A stretch of DNA of 64,000 nucleotides. Origin: Litoribrevibacter euphylliae (GTDB lineage: Bacteria > Pseudomonadota > Gammaproteobacteria > Pseudomonadales > Litoribrevibacteraceae). This document shows positions 8,222-19,232 of the stretch, one piece after another (position 1 is the stretch's first letter; each line of letters starts with the position of its first letter). The stretch spans positions 136,798 through 200,797 of the forward strand of contig NZ_JBHRSZ010000004.1 in NCBI RefSeq assembly GCF_042646085.1, written 5' to 3'. A program made the position numbers and the translations under genes. The notes beneath the pieces were generated by a model, which saw nothing but the letters and a program-made list of their open reading frames with translations, was not told where the DNA came from and did no database searches.

Positions 8222-9992
8222 GTTTCCTTTTACCGCAGTATCCGGGCAGGCTTCGTTCAAGCTTGCCTTGATTCTGGCGGCCATCAACCCCGCCATTGGT
8301 GGGGTGTTGATTAGCGGCCCAAGGGGTTCTGCTAAATCTACGTTAGCCAGAGGCTTGGCGGATGTCATGCCAGCCACGGCAAACAAACCGCATGAATTTA
8401 TTACCCTTCCGTTAGGTGCCAGCGAAGAAATGCTGGTGGGCACTCTGGATCTCCAGAAAGTGTTAGCCGATCAGTCTGTGGCGTTTCAGCCGGGGTTATT
8501 AGCCAAGGCTGATGGTGGCGTCTTGTATGTGGATGAAGTCAATCTGCTACCCGATAACCTAGTGGATTTACTGCTCGATGTTTCCGCCAGTGGCGTTAAT
8601 GTGGTGGAACGAGATGGCGTCAGCCACAGTCATTTCGCGCAGTTTATTCTGTTGGGAACGATGAATCCGGACGAAGGCGAACTTCGACCACAGCTGTTAG
8701 ATCGCTTTGGTTTGTCGGTTGAGTTATCCAATCAGTACAGCGTGGAAGAGCGTGTTGAGATCGTGCGTTTACGAGACGCTTTTGATCGAAACCCGGAGGC
8801 CTTTGTTCAGTCGTATCAAGAAGCACAGGCCACATTAACCGAGAGCATTCAGTCTGCAAGAACCCTGCTGGATCAGGTGCAATGTGCTGATGAATTACGT
8901 GTTCTAATCGCTCAGAAATGTGTTGATGCTAACGTCGATGGTATGCGTGGGGATATCGTTTGGTATCGTGCCGCTGTGGCCCATGCCGCATGGCATCAAC
9001 GAGATCAGGTAACGGAAGAGGATATTTTGGCCGTTGAAGACTTGGTGTTGGCTCATCGTCGTAACGGTGATAGCAATTCATCAAATCCACCAAATTCTTC
9101 AAGCTCAAATAGACAAACTCCTAACGCCTCTAACACACCTCCGAACGCGCCATTTTCTCGCCCTCAAGCATCCAGAAATGAACAACCCTATGACGGTTTA
9201 GAAGGGGACTGGGGCAGTATGTCTTCTTCGGCGCAAGAACAACAAGCCGTCGATGCGCCTTGGCATCTGAATTCATTAGATAAGAAAGCAACGAAGAACC
9301 TGCCGAAGAGCGTATCGTTGGGAAAGCCACAAACCCTTAGTTCCAGCCGTCAGAAAGGGAGCGGAAGTAAGGGTGCTCATGCATCAAAAACAGAAGATAC
9401 CAAAGTTCACTGGTTTGGTTCTTTGGTTAAGAATGCAGGCAAAATGCCCCTGAAAGACTTGGTGTTTCATAAGAAACGGGAAAGTCAGCCCGTATTGCAT
9501 TTGGTATTGCTCGATACCTCAGCATCAATTCTAAAGCATCAAAATTTTTCCAAAGCTAAATCTTTGGTCAGTGCCATTGCCCATCAAGCCTATTTGGCAC
9601 GTGAACAAATGACATTGATGGGCTTTGGTAATCAAAAAGTAGAAACCTTATTGCCGAAGAAACGGGCACCGAAATCCTTGGTTCGATTGCTGAATACCAT
9701 TCCCGCAGCGGGTGGAACGCCGTTGCGTGAGATGCTTCAGCAAGCGAAAGCCTTCCAGCAGCAACAAATTACCCAGGCGCCAAATCTGGCGATTAAGACC
9801 TATCTGATTACGGATGGTCGTACCAGTCAGACCTTTGATGATCTTGATTTACTTGGGCAAGTCACGGTGATTGATACCGAAGACAGCCAAGTAAAACGTG
9901 GCAAAGCCGTTCAAATCGCCCAGACTTTGATGGCACATTACTTGGCCTTGGCCGACCTTACTTTACCTTCACCTCAACCGATAAAGATTTAA
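8202..9992 (+). CDS. ChlI/ChlD-type fused AAA+ ATPase + von Willebrand A protein, a putative cobaltochelatase subunit (CobS/CobT-like in one polypeptide)
   Basis: N-terminus is an AAA+ ATPase: GPRGSAKST Walker A and VLYVDEVNLL Walker B. A Ser/Pro/Asn-rich linker follows. The C-terminal vWA domain has the MIDAS motif LVLLDTSASI. Overlaps the cbtA stop. Confidence 0.8.
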   Translation: MKPQTLKFPFTAVSGQASFKLALILAAINPAIGGVLISGPRGSAKSTLARGLADVMPATANKPHEFITLPLGASEEMLVGTLDLQKVLADQSVAFQPGLLAKADGGVLYVDEVNLLPDNLVDLLLDVSASGVNVVERDGVSHSHFAQFILLGTMNPDEGELRPQLLDRFGLSVELSNQYSVEERVEIVRLRDAFDRNPEAFVQSYQEAQATLTESIQSARTLLDQVQCADELRVLIAQKCVDANVDGMRGDIVWYRAAVAHAAWHQRDQVTEEDILAVEDLVLAHRRNGDSNSSNPPNSSSSNRQTPNASNTPPNAPFSRPQASRNEQPYDGLEGDWGSMSSSAQEQQAVDAPWHLNSLDKKATKNLPKSVSLGKPQTLSSSRQKGSGSKGAHASKTEDTKVHWFGSLVKNAGKMPLKDLVFHKKRESQPVLHLVLLDTSASILKHQNFSKAKSLVSAIAHQAYLAREQMTLMGFGNQKVETLLPKKRAPKSLVRLLNTIPAAGGTPLREMLQQAKAFQQQQITQAPNLAIKTYLITDGRTSQTFDDLDLLGQVTVIDTEDSQVKRGKAVQIAQTLMAHYLALADLTLPSPQPIKI

Positions 9993-9995
9993 GTC

Positions 9996-10631
9996 ATGTC
10001 TGAAGAAAACAACCAATCTAATATACAGGTATCAGCAACGGATCAGGAAAAGCACCAAAAACGTATGGCCTCTAAGAAGGCGGTAGTGGATGCGCGTATC
10101 GCAAAAGCGACCGAAGAACGAGGTGTGCTGATTTTGCTGCGGGGTAATGGCAAGGGCAAGAGCAGTTCAGCCATGGGCACCATGGCGCGTTCGGCCGGTC
10201 ACGGGATGAAGTGTGCGGTTGTTCAATTCGTTAAAGGTCGACGAGAGACGGGTGAGTACAAGTTTTTCAAAGATCATCCGTTAGTGGATTGGCATGTGAT
10301 GGGCCATGGTTTCACCTGGGAAACCCAAGACAAAACCCAGGACATCGAAGCCGCTCAAAAAGCTTGGGCCTTGGCGGAAGAGCTTTTACAAGACGAAAGC
10401 TATGACATGTTGGTGTTTGATGAGCTTAGTTATATGTTCAAGTACAAATACCTTGAGGTGGAGCCTGCGGTAAAGGCGCTGCAAAACCGCCCGAAACATC
10501 AGAATGTGATTATCACCGGTCGAACTATGGCGACAGGTCTACAGGAAATCGCAGATACCATTTCAACCATTCAGGATGACAAACACGCTTTTCGTTTAGG
10601 CGTCAAAGCACAGACTGGGATTGAGTTCTAA
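9996..10631 (+). CDS. cobO: Cob(I)yrinic acid a,c-diamide adenosyltransferase CobO/BtuR
   Basis: LRGNGKGKSSSAMG P-loop variant, characteristic of BtuR/CobO. Confidence 0.9.
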   Translation: MSEENNQSNIQVSATDQEKHQKRMASKKAVVDARIAKATEERGVLILLRGNGKGKSSSAMGTMARSAGHGMKCAVVQFVKGRRETGEYKFFKDHPLVDWHVMGHGFTWETQDKTQDIEAAQKAWALAEELLQDESYDMLVFDELSYMFKYKYLEVEPAVKALQNRPKHQNVIITGRTMATGLQEIADTISTIQDDKHAFRLGVKAQTGIEF

Positions 10632-10633
10632 GC

Positions 10634-11980
10634 ATGACGAATCCTATGAATACAGTGTTAGTTGCCAATCACCCTGAGACAGTATCTTGTCCTGCGTTGT
10701 TTTTAGCCGCACCAGCCTCGGGTCAGGGAAAAACCACAGTCTCTGCGGCCTTAGCGAGAATGTTGAAGCGCCAAGGCAAGGTGGTTCGAGTCTTTAAAAC
10801 CGGACCAGATTACCTCGATCCGCAGATTCTTCATCAAGCCTCTGGAGAACCGGTTGAACAATTGGATATGTGGATGGCGGGTGAAGCCTACTGTCAGGCC
10901 AAGTTGTTTGAAGCCGCACGAGATGCCGATTTGATATTGATTGAAGGGGCTATGGGCTTGTTTGATGGTGAGCCCTCAAGTGCTGATCTAGCTGCACGAT
11001 TTGGGGTGCCCATTGCCTTGGTGATGGATGTAAAAGGCATGGCGCAAACTGCGGCTGCGGTGGCATCGGGTTTGGTGAATTTTCGGGATGACGTTCAGTT
11101 CGCAGGCCTGATCGCCAACAACTGTGGCTCGGAACGCCATAGGCAGTTGATCGAAGATGCCTTGCCAGAGAACCTACCGTTATTGGCGCATCTGGCGCGT
11201 TCTGAAGAGGTGGCCTTGCCGGAGCGTCACTTAGGCTTAGTACAGGCCTCCGAAGTGACCGATGAATTAGAAACACGTTTGAATAATGGTGCTGATTGGT
11301 TGGAGCAAGCGGGATTGGCCGATCTGATAGAGCGTGTTCCATCTGTGGATTTCCACATGGCAGAAACGCCTGCCGTACCTGAGTTATTGAAAGGCCAACG
11401 CATCGCTATCGCCAAAGACGAAGCCTTCAGTTTTATCTACGATGCTAATGTACGTTTGCTGGAAGAGATGGGCGCGGAGCTGAGTTTCTTCTCTCCGATT
11501 CATTCAGACAGCTTACCTGTAGCGGATGCACTCTGGTTACCCGGCGGTTATCCGGAATTACATGCTGAGAAGATGGCTAAGAACCAACCGATGATCGAGC
11601 AGATTCAAGCTTTTCATCAATCAGGCAACGCGATATTAGCTGAGTGCGGTGGTTTTCTTTATTGCTTGGAAACACTGACCGATTTGGACGAGCAGCAATA
11701 CCCGATGTTGGGTATTCTTACCGGCCATGGCGCTATGCGTGGAAAACGTGGATGTCAGGGCATGCAAACCGCGCCGTTACCAGAAGGGGAAATTCGTGCC
11801 CATGCTCACCATAGATCGCGCAGTTCAGATACGGATGAACCCATAGCTCATGGGCGACGACAACGACACCCTGCACCGGGCGAAGCCATCTACCGTTCGA
11901 AGAACCTAACGGCCAGTTACCTGCATTTGTTCTTCCCGTCGAACCCGGAAGCGGTGGCGAAACTGTTCAAGCCTGAATAA
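10634..11980 (+). CDS. cbiA: Cobyrinic acid a,c-diamide synthase CbiA/CobB
   Basis: 448 aa; N-terminal ATP-binding region ([15 protein letters not shown]) plus a glutamine amidotransferase-like C-terminus. Confidence 0.9.
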   Translation: MTNPMNTVLVANHPETVSCPALFLAAPASGQGKTTVSAALARMLKRQGKVVRVFKTGPDYLDPQILHQASGEPVEQLDMWMAGEAYCQAKLFEAARDADLILIEGAMGLFDGEPSSADLAARFGVPIALVMDVKGMAQTAAAVASGLVNFRDDVQFAGLIANNCGSERHRQLIEDALPENLPLLAHLARSEEVALPERHLGLVQASEVTDELETRLNNGADWLEQAGLADLIERVPSVDFHMAETPAVPELLKGQRIAIAKDEAFSFIYDANVRLLEEMGAELSFFSPIHSDSLPVADALWLPGGYPELHAEKMAKNQPMIEQIQAFHQSGNAILAECGGFLYCLETLTDLDEQQYPMLGILTGHGAMRGKRGCQGMQTAPLPEGEIRAHAHHRSRSSDTDEPIAHGRRQRHPAPGEAIYRSKNLTASYLHLFFPSNPEAVAKLFKPE

Positions 11981-12015
11981 TCTATAGAGACAACCCCCCT
12001 TCGAGACGTAAATCC

Positions 12016-13188
12016 ATGTGGCCAGAAAGCAGTGAACAAGCCAAACCGCTCCGCACGGGACTGACCACAGGCTCCTGTGCGACGGCGTGCAGTTTGGCGG
12101 CGGCTCGTTGCTTGTTTTCTACTGCGGAGCGGGCAAACGAAGTGTTGGAGTCTGTTTCCATTACTTTGCCCACCAAGCGCTCTCTGGCACCCAAAGAAGT
12201 GAGTTTGTCCGTGTCGGTTGAAGTCTTGTCGGAACATTCTGCAAAAGCCAGCACCATCAAAGACGCAGGCGATGATCCAGACGTCACTCACGGCGCGACC
12301 ATCTTCGTGGAAGTGACGCTAATTGAAACACCGGGCATTCAGTTCAAAGCGGCTAAAGGTGTCGGCACGGTGACTCGTGAAGGCTTGGCCTTAGCGGTGG
12401 GCGAGCCAGCCATTAACCCTGTGCCACGACAAATGATCACAGATCACCTTACGAAATTGGCTCAGTTTCATGATTACCAAGGCGGCTTTGAAGTGGCGGT
12501 TGGCGTCGAAAATGGTGAGGCCATTGCCCTGAAAACCATGAACCCGAAACTGGGCATTCTTGGTGGGTTGTCGATTTTGGGGACGACGGGCATCGTTCGA
12601 CCTTTTTCTTGTTCTGCCTGGATCGCTTCGATTCATCAGGGCATTGATGTGGCCATTGCTAACGGTGTGGATCACATTGCAGCCACTACAGGTAATAGCA
12701 GTGAACAAGCCATTAAAGCTCATTACGGTTTGGGTGAAATGGCACTGATTGAGATGGGCGATTTTGCCGGGGCGGTGCTGAAATACCTGAAACAGTTGGA
12801 TCAAACGAACGCAGAAAAACTGACGCAAGTTACCATTTGCGGGGGCTTTGGCAAGATCACCAAACTTGCTAATGGGCATATGGATTTGAACTCCCGCGTG
12901 TCGTCCATCGACTTCCCACATATTGCTGAGGTGGCGAAGCGAGCAGGTGCCGATGAAGCACTTCAACAACAAATTCTCGACGCCAATACCACCATTCAAG
13001 CACTTAATCTGTGTACTGAAGCCAAAATCCCTTTGGCGGATGCAATGTGTCGGTTGGCCTACCAAAAAGCCAGACACTACGTGCCGGAGCACATCAAGTT
13101 GGATGTCTGGGCCATTGATCGCAAGGGCAACTTTGTAGGGTCTTTTTTGAATGATTTGAGCGACGAAAACGGAGAGGGTGAAGCATGA
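12016..13188 (+). CDS. cbiD: Cobalt-precorrin-5B C1-methyltransferase CbiD
   Basis: [16 protein letters not shown]-terminal motif; 390 aa. Confidence 0.85.
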   Translation: MWPESSEQAKPLRTGLTTGSCATACSLAAARCLFSTAERANEVLESVSITLPTKRSLAPKEVSLSVSVEVLSEHSAKASTIKDAGDDPDVTHGATIFVEVTLIETPGIQFKAAKGVGTVTREGLALAVGEPAINPVPRQMITDHLTKLAQFHDYQGGFEVAVGVENGEAIALKTMNPKLGILGGLSILGTTGIVRPFSCSAWIASIHQGIDVAIANGVDHIAATTGNSSEQAIKAHYGLGEMALIEMGDFAGAVLKYLKQLDQTNAEKLTQVTICGGFGKITKLANGHMDLNSRVSSIDFPHIAEVAKRAGADEALQQQILDANTTIQALNLCTEAKIPLADAMCRLAYQKARHYVPEHIKLDVWAIDRKGNFVGSFLNDLSDENGEGEA

Positions 13189-13988
13189 GCATAACGCCTC
13201 TCTCCAAAGTGTTGGTCTTAGGTGGTACCACCGAAGGTAAGGCGATGGTGAATTGCTTGCTGGATTACGGGGTACCTGTGGTGTACAGCATCGCAGGTTT
13301 GGTTCGTGTGCCTGAGTTTTCGTCTGGCACTGCATCTTGTGAGGTGATTGAAGGCGGCTTTTCATCCTACGGGGGCTTGGCCGAATACCTTAAAAACCAC
13401 GACATTATTGGTGTGTGCGATGCCACGCACCCCTTTGCAAAAAACATCTCAGCCACGGCGTGGAAGACCTGCTCAGAACTGACTATTCCATACTGGCGAT
13501 TCCAACGACCGGAGTGGCCGAAACAGCCGAAAGATCATTGGCAGAGCTTCACCGCTTGGCCGCAACTGCTGAACGCCCTTAACGAAAATCAAACCGTGTT
13601 TTTCTCCGCAGGCCAACTTAACGATGAGTGCTTGCAGTGGTTGCTGACCCATCCAAATCAACAAATCAAACATCTGTGGCGAACGGCGGTGGAACCCAAA
13701 TCGCCCTTACCGGACAATCTGACTGCCGTGAAAGCCATTGGCCCCTTTACCTTCGAGAGCGAACGTCAATTGTTTACTGAGCATAAGACCGACGTTCTTG
13801 TGACAAAAAACAGCGGCGGTGAGGCGACCATCGCCAAAATCCAGGTCGCGCGCGAGCTTGGCTTGCCAGTGTTGATGTTGGCGCGCCCAACGCCCGTCCC
13901 TGAAAGGGTTTGTCACGACGACTTAAATAAGCTGGCACTGTTGATGATCAGCCAGTTAAAACTGAATCATATGATGCAGGTTCACTAA
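13185..13988 (+). CDS. cobK: Precorrin-6A reductase CobK/CbiJ
   Basis: [12 protein letters not shown]-terminal motif; 267 aa. Start overlaps the cbiD stop. Confidence 0.85.
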   Translation: MSITPLSKVLVLGGTTEGKAMVNCLLDYGVPVVYSIAGLVRVPEFSSGTASCEVIEGGFSSYGGLAEYLKNHDIIGVCDATHPFAKNISATAWKTCSELTIPYWRFQRPEWPKQPKDHWQSFTAWPQLLNALNENQTVFFSAGQLNDECLQWLLTHPNQQIKHLWRTAVEPKSPLPDNLTAVKAIGPFTFESERQLFTEHKTDVLVTKNSGGEATIAKIQVARELGLPVLMLARPTPVPERVCHDDLNKLALLMISQLKLNHMMQVH

Positions 13989-13999
13989 GGAATACATGC

Positions 14000-14641
14000 A
14001 TGAACTTTGACTACCAAATGAACCCGCAGAAGATCGAAACGGAAAGCTTTCGACAAATTCGAGAGCTCACAAAGCTTGTTCACTTCAGCAAAGACCAACA
14101 GCAAGTGGTGATGCGAGTCGTCCACAGTTTGGGCTTACCGCATTTGGCTGAACAGGTTCGTTTTAGTGAAAATGCCTGCGAAGCTGGGCGAGAAGCGTTA
14201 GCCAAGGATTGCCCGATTCTGTGTGATGTGGAAATGGTTAAGCAGGGCATCACCAAGCGGATGATTACCCAAGAACCACTGTGTTTTCTGAATGATCCAA
14301 GCGTCGCCGAGATTGCAAAATCCAAGGGCGAAACACGTACTATGGCCGCGCTGGAATTATGGCGAAATCAGTTAAAAGGTAGTGTCGTTATTATCGGTAA
14401 TGCGCCAACGGCGTTATTTCGATTGCTTGAGATGATTGATCAAGGGGCTGACAAACCGGCGTTAATTATTGGTATGCCAGTGGGCTTTGTGGGCGCAGCG
14501 GAATCCAAACAAGCGCTGTGGAATCACCATCAACAACTGGGTATTGAATGCATTACCTTGCTCGGGCGAGAAGGTGGCAGTGCTGTATCCTCAGCCACCT
14601 GTAATGCGCTGTTGCGTTGTAACCGAGGCGAGTATTACTGA
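14000..14641 (+). CDS. cbiC: Precorrin-8X methylmutase CobH/CbiC
   Basis: 213 aa, CbiC-like; position in the operon. Confidence 0.8.
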   Translation: MNFDYQMNPQKIETESFRQIRELTKLVHFSKDQQQVVMRVVHSLGLPHLAEQVRFSENACEAGREALAKDCPILCDVEMVKQGITKRMITQEPLCFLNDPSVAEIAKSKGETRTMAALELWRNQLKGSVVIIGNAPTALFRLLEMIDQGADKPALIIGMPVGFVGAAESKQALWNHHQQLGIECITLLGREGGSAVSSATCNALLRCNRGEYY

Positions 14642-16011
14642 TGGCTGCACCTATTCGCCAACTGGACATCGTCGGGCTTGGGATTTCCCAAACTCCGGTT
14701 TTTACCGAAGCAACGCAAGCGTGCATTGCCGCTGCGGATTATGTGATTGGTTCGGAACGTCAATTGGCCTTGTTATCTGTTGAGGAGAAACCGCAACAGC
14801 AGCAATGGATTGAATTACCAAAACTGTCAGAGCTAAAAGCTTTAATTGATGATTTGGCGAGCGATAAAAGCGTGGTGGTTTTAGCGTCTGGTGATCCGCT
14901 GTTTTACGGTATCGGCCGATGGTTTAAACAGAACTTTTCTGAAGCCTTTGAGCAAGGTCGCTTGTGCTTTCACCCTGCGGTGTCGAGCATTCAGGCTGCG
15001 TGTCATCGCTTAGGATTCTCCTTGCAAGATACCGATGTGCTGAGTTTGCATGGTCGACCATTGGCGAAATTACGAACTCAACTTAAAGCTAATCGCACGT
15101 TAGCCATTCTCACAGATCAACACAGTAACCCGATGGCGTTAGCCAAAGAATGTAAAAACGCCGGGTTTGGTGACTCTCGTCTTACCGTGTGTGAGCGATT
15201 AGGGTATGACGATGAACAGTGTCGATCCTTCTCTGCAAAAGAACTGGTTGATAGCAGGGGTGATGGTAGGGTTGGTAACAAAGGTGAATTTGATCCGCTG
15301 CATGTGACCATTATTGAAGTCAAAGGCTTGGGTGGTGTTTTGCCGAGTTTCCCCGGCTTTGCTGATACCTTGTTTGAAACCGGGGCTGAACCGGGCAAGG
15401 GCATGATCAGTAAACGCGAAGTGCGTTTGTGCATTCTTTCCTATTTAGAACCAAATAACGACGATGTGATTTGGGACATCGGCGCAGGGTGTGGCGGTGT
15501 CGCTGTGGAGTTGGCTTATTGGAATGAAAAGGCCAAAGTGTATGCCATTGAACATCATTCCGAGCGGTTGAAGTACCTTGCCATTAACCGGGAGCGCTTC
15601 GGTGTGGTGTCGAACATGCACATCGTTGAAGGTCGTGCACCGGCTTGCTTAACGGATTTATCTAAGCCAACCAAAGTGTTTATTGGCGGTAGCGATGGTG
15701 CCTTGCCAGAGTTGCTTGCCCAGTGCTGGGAGTTACTGCCTGTCGGTGGTATTTTGGTGGCGAGCGCGGTGATTCAATCCACCAAAGATCAACTAAACGA
15801 CTTTGCTGAATTGCTGGCGTGTTCCAATGATTCCGGCATATCAACACAAGCCATAATCGAGAGCACAGAAGTGGCTGTAAAACGGGGCCAGATGGTTGCT
15901 GGTGAGCTAGTGGGTGGTAAGCAGGCGGATGGTAAGCTGGTGTATCAATCCAAATATCCGGTTACCGTTTTTCAATATAAAAAGTTCCAATTTAAGAAGG
16001 CAGCGAAGTGA
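14641..16011 (+). CDS. cbiET: Precorrin-6Y C5,15-methyltransferase (decarboxylating), fused CbiE-CbiT (CobL)
   Basis: 456 aa with an N-terminal tetrapyrrole methylase domain and a C-terminal class I SAM methyltransferase (IWDIGAGCGGVAVE). Confidence 0.85.
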   Translation: MAAPIRQLDIVGLGISQTPVFTEATQACIAAADYVIGSERQLALLSVEEKPQQQQWIELPKLSELKALIDDLASDKSVVVLASGDPLFYGIGRWFKQNFSEAFEQGRLCFHPAVSSIQAACHRLGFSLQDTDVLSLHGRPLAKLRTQLKANRTLAILTDQHSNPMALAKECKNAGFGDSRLTVCERLGYDDEQCRSFSAKELVDSRGDGRVGNKGEFDPLHVTIIEVKGLGGVLPSFPGFADTLFETGAEPGKGMISKREVRLCILSYLEPNNDDVIWDIGAGCGGVAVELAYWNEKAKVYAIEHHSERLKYLAINRERFGVVSNMHIVEGRAPACLTDLSKPTKVFIGGSDGALPELLAQCWELLPVGGILVASAVIQSTKDQLNDFAELLACSNDSGISTQAIIESTEVAVKRGQMVAGELVGGKQADGKLVYQSKYPVTVFQYKKFQFKKAAK

Positions 16012-16742
16012 TGGCTCAGTTTATTGGTGTGGGCGTAGGGCCGGGTGACCCGGAGTTAATTACCCTCAAAGCTGCGCGATTAATCAAGCAAGCCGATGTC
16101 ATCAGTTATCTGCAAGGCGAGAGCGGCGAAGCGCAAGCTCGTAAAATCGCGGCCGACGTGATCGCTGAAAGAACCACTATTGCCGAAGAAATTGCTGTTC
16201 CTATGCCGATGTCGGAAGATCGCAGTCTCGCGAATCAAGCCTACGATCAGGCGGCGAAGTCTATTGAAATGGCGATTTCAGAAGGCAAAACCGTGGTGTT
16301 TCTGTGTGAAGGCGATCCGCTGTTTTTTGGCTCCTTTGCCTATTTATTAGAACGTCTCGAAGGTAAGGTGGCTTGCCAAGTGGTGCCGGGGATTTCTTCC
16401 GTACATGCCGCAGCCTCCGAGCTACAGATGCCATTAACCATGTTGAAGGAATCTTTCGCTGTGATCAGTGGTCGACACTCCGACCAACAATTGATGGACG
16501 CTCTGCAGCAACACGATTCTGTGGTGATCATGAAAGCCGGGCGCTCGCGCCAGCGCATCCTAAATGCCTTGGCAGAAACCAACCGAGTGCAAGATGCCAG
16601 CTATTTAGAATACATCTCTCGCGATAATCAAAAAGTTGTGTTGGATGTCAGCACTTTGGCGGGTGAAGCTGGGCCGTATTTTTCCTTGTTTGTGGTTGTT
16701 CCTGATAGAGATGCAGACAGAGACGTTAGCCGTGAAAGATAA
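16008..16742 (+). CDS. cbiL: Precorrin-2 C20-methyltransferase CobI/CbiL
   Basis: FIGVGVGPGDPELITLKA tetrapyrrole methylase motif; 244 aa. Confidence 0.85.
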   Translation: MMAQFIGVGVGPGDPELITLKAARLIKQADVISYLQGESGEAQARKIAADVIAERTTIAEEIAVPMPMSEDRSLANQAYDQAAKSIEMAISEGKTVVFLCEGDPLFFGSFAYLLERLEGKVACQVVPGISSVHAAASELQMPLTMLKESFAVISGRHSDQQLMDALQQHDSVVIMKAGRSRQRILNALAETNRVQDASYLEYISRDNQKVVLDVSTLAGEAGPYFSLFVVVPDRDADRDVSRER

Positions 16743-17517
16743 CTCATCTGTTAAAATCATCTCGCTGACCGAAGCGGGTTTACGGTTAGCCGAACGTCTT
16801 CAAGTTCAGCTAAAAAACAGTGAGGTTTGGTATAAGCCCAAGCCTTTTGCAGAGAAAGTACAGAACGCCTTCCAAGCAGGCGAGCCGCTGATTATGATCT
16901 GCGCCACAGGCATTGTGGTGCGCACTTTAGCGCCTGTGTTAGCAAGCAAACTGCAAGACCCGCCTGTGTTGGTGTTGGATGAGTTGGGGCAGTTTGTGAT
17001 CCCACTGGTGTCGGGGCATGAAGGGGGCGCGAATGAGTGGGGTCGACAAATCGCTGAACTGTTGAACAGTCAATTGGTGATGACCACCGCCAACCCTTAT
17101 TTAAAACCCAAGTATGCAGTGGGCATGGGTTGTGAACGTCACTGCCCGAAAGAAGAATTAGAACGTTTGTTGATGGACTGCTTAGCCCAAGCGAACTTAA
17201 CGCTCGATCAGATCGGTTCCATCAACAGCATTGATATCAAAGCCGATGAAGTAGGCTTGATCGAACTGGCCGAGTGTTTAGACAAACCATTTAACACCTT
17301 TGATGCGGCCGAGTTATCCACAATGGAGCACTTGCTCAGCACAAAATCCGATTATGTATTCAAGACCGTCGGCGTCTATGGCGTTGCGGAATCAGCGGCG
17401 TTGGTTGGCGCGTCTCAACTAACGAACGCTGACAGTGAACTGATTTTAAATAAGCACAAAACGGCCAAGGCCACCTGTGCCATTGCGAGAGCGTATCCTA
17501 GTGACGCTCGACGCTAG
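16711..17517 (+). CDS. cbiG: Cobalt-precorrin-5A hydrolase CbiG
   Basis: 268 aa, CbiG-like (IISLTEAGLRLAERL N-terminus). The internal ATG at 16711 is preferred over the ORF-track start, which overlaps cbiL by 107 nt. Confidence 0.7.
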   Translation: MQTETLAVKDNSSVKIISLTEAGLRLAERLQVQLKNSEVWYKPKPFAEKVQNAFQAGEPLIMICATGIVVRTLAPVLASKLQDPPVLVLDELGQFVIPLVSGHEGGANEWGRQIAELLNSQLVMTTANPYLKPKYAVGMGCERHCPKEELERLLMDCLAQANLTLDQIGSINSIDIKADEVGLIELAECLDKPFNTFDAAELSTMEHLLSTKSDYVFKTVGVYGVAESAALVGASQLTNADSELILNKHKTAKATCAIARAYPSDARR

Positions 17518-17536
17518 TCTTAACGAAGAGAACCAA

Positions 17537-18316
17537 ATGACCAAATTGTATGTAGTAGGAACCGGCCCAGGCGATATTGATCTGGTTGCCCCAAAAGCCA
17601 TGGCGGCCATCAAAGCCAGTAGTGATCTTGTAGCCTATGGCCTGTATTTGGAATTATTGGGCGAGGTGTGTGAGGGTAAAACTCACCATGATTTGCCATT
17701 AGGTGAAGAGATTGGCCGTGCACGTTTGGCGCTGGATTTAGCGGCCAGTGGTAAAACCGCGGCATTGATTTCCAGTGGTGACATTGGCATCTATGCGATG
17801 GCCACCTTGGTGTTTGAGTTGTTGGATCAACAACTGCAAGGCAAAGAGAATCACCCGGAATGGTTGGATGTGGATATCGAGGTTGTGCCGGGTATTTCCG
17901 CCATGCAAGCTGGCGCCAGTCGAGTCGGGGCCATGCTAGGCCATGACTTCTGCACTATTTCCCTGTCGGATTTATTGACCCCGTGGGAAACCATCGAGAA
18001 GCGCTTACATGCCTGTGGCGAAGGGGACTTTGTCGTTTCCTTCTACAACCCGCGTTCTAAAAAGCGTGATTGGCAGATCAACACCGCCCGCGACATTCTG
18101 TTGCAATACCGCCCAGGTTCGACGCCTGTGTTACTCGGTCGTCAACTTACCCGCAGCGATGAAGGCATTACCTTAACCACGCTGGATCAACTCGATGCGA
18201 AAGACGTGGACATGTTCACCCTGGTTTCTGTCGGCAACAGCGAATCTCGCCACATTGTGAATGGCAACAAAGAGTGGATTTACACTCCGCGTGGCTACAA
18301 GAAGAAACTGGTGTAA
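17537..18316 (+). CDS. cbiH: Precorrin-3B C17-methyltransferase CobJ/CbiH
   Basis: MTKLYVVGTGPGDIDLVAPKA. Confidence 0.85.
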   Translation: MTKLYVVGTGPGDIDLVAPKAMAAIKASSDLVAYGLYLELLGEVCEGKTHHDLPLGEEIGRARLALDLAASGKTAALISSGDIGIYAMATLVFELLDQQLQGKENHPEWLDVDIEVVPGISAMQAGASRVGAMLGHDFCTISLSDLLTPWETIEKRLHACGEGDFVVSFYNPRSKKRDWQINTARDILLQYRPGSTPVLLGRQLTRSDEGITLTTLDQLDAKDVDMFTLVSVGNSESRHIVNGNKEWIYTPRGYKKKLV

Positions 18317-18338
18317 GGCTGCAAAAAAGGAATCAAAC

Positions 18339-19160
18339 ATGACCGTGTATTTTATTGGCGCAGGCCCAGGTGATCCGGAACTCATTACCGTCAAAGCGCA
18401 GCGTTTAATTAACGAATGCCCAGTGATTCTATACGCAGGTTCGCTGGTACCGCGAGCTGTGTTTAAAGATGTCGAAGACATCGCCGAGCAGATCATCGAC
18501 ACCGCCTCGTTGGACTTGGATCAAATCATTGAACACATCAAACAGGCTCATAAGGAAGGCAAAGACGTTGCCCGTGTTCACTCCGGCGACCCATCCCTTT
18601 ACGGTGCCATTGGTGAACAAATCCGCAGATTAGACGCACTCGATATCGACTTTGAAATCATCCCTGGTGTTACCGCGACCTCGGCATCGGCCGCTTGGTT
18701 GGGCAAAGAACTGACTCTTTCCGGTGTATCGCAAACCATCATCTTGACTCGATACGAAGGCAAGACTCCATTCCCGGAACGGGAGCGTTTACCGGCACTT
18801 GCTGCCAGCGGCGCGACCTTGGCAATTCATTTGGGCGTAACTCGCATCCACAAAATTGTGGAAGAACTGATTCCTCATTACGGTGAAGACTGCCCCGTCG
18901 CTGTGTGCTATCGCACCAGCTGGCCAGATCAAGACAAAGTCACTGGCACACTCAAAGACATCGTAGAAAAGGTGAGAGAGAAGAAATTCACCCGCACTTC
19001 ACTGATCCTTGTCGGGCATGTACTTGGTACGGATGAATTCCGCGATTCTTACCTTTACGACGAAGACCAAGCCCACGTATACAGGCCAAAGAGTAAGACG
19101 GCCAAGCCGAGGACGGTGGAGAGTAAGATGGTGCATCCCAAGGGGGCGAGATTGGGTTGA
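18339..19160 (+). CDS. cbiF: Precorrin-4 C11-methyltransferase CobM/CbiF
   Basis: MTVYFIGAGPGDPELITVKAQRL. Confidence 0.9.
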   Translation: MTVYFIGAGPGDPELITVKAQRLINECPVILYAGSLVPRAVFKDVEDIAEQIIDTASLDLDQIIEHIKQAHKEGKDVARVHSGDPSLYGAIGEQIRRLDALDIDFEIIPGVTATSASAAWLGKELTLSGVSQTIILTRYEGKTPFPERERLPALAASGATLAIHLGVTRIHKIVEELIPHYGEDCPVAVCYRTSWPDQDKVTGTLKDIVEKVREKKFTRTSLILVGHVLGTDEFRDSYLYDEDQAHVYRPKSKTAKPRTVESKMVHPKGARLG

Positions 19161-19232
19161 TGAATTGAGGGGCTAGGTGTCTGTGCCTTGCCCCTTCCTC
19201 AATGAATAAAAGCTCTTTAATGGGGCTTTGTT

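Noticed and set aside
10950-13365. Antisense ORFs inside cbiA, cbiD and cobK (10950-11342, 11917-12291, 12391-13365 on the minus strand)
   Set aside because: They lie opposite well-supported cob genes. They are Arg/Pro-rich frame artefacts without starts or RBS.
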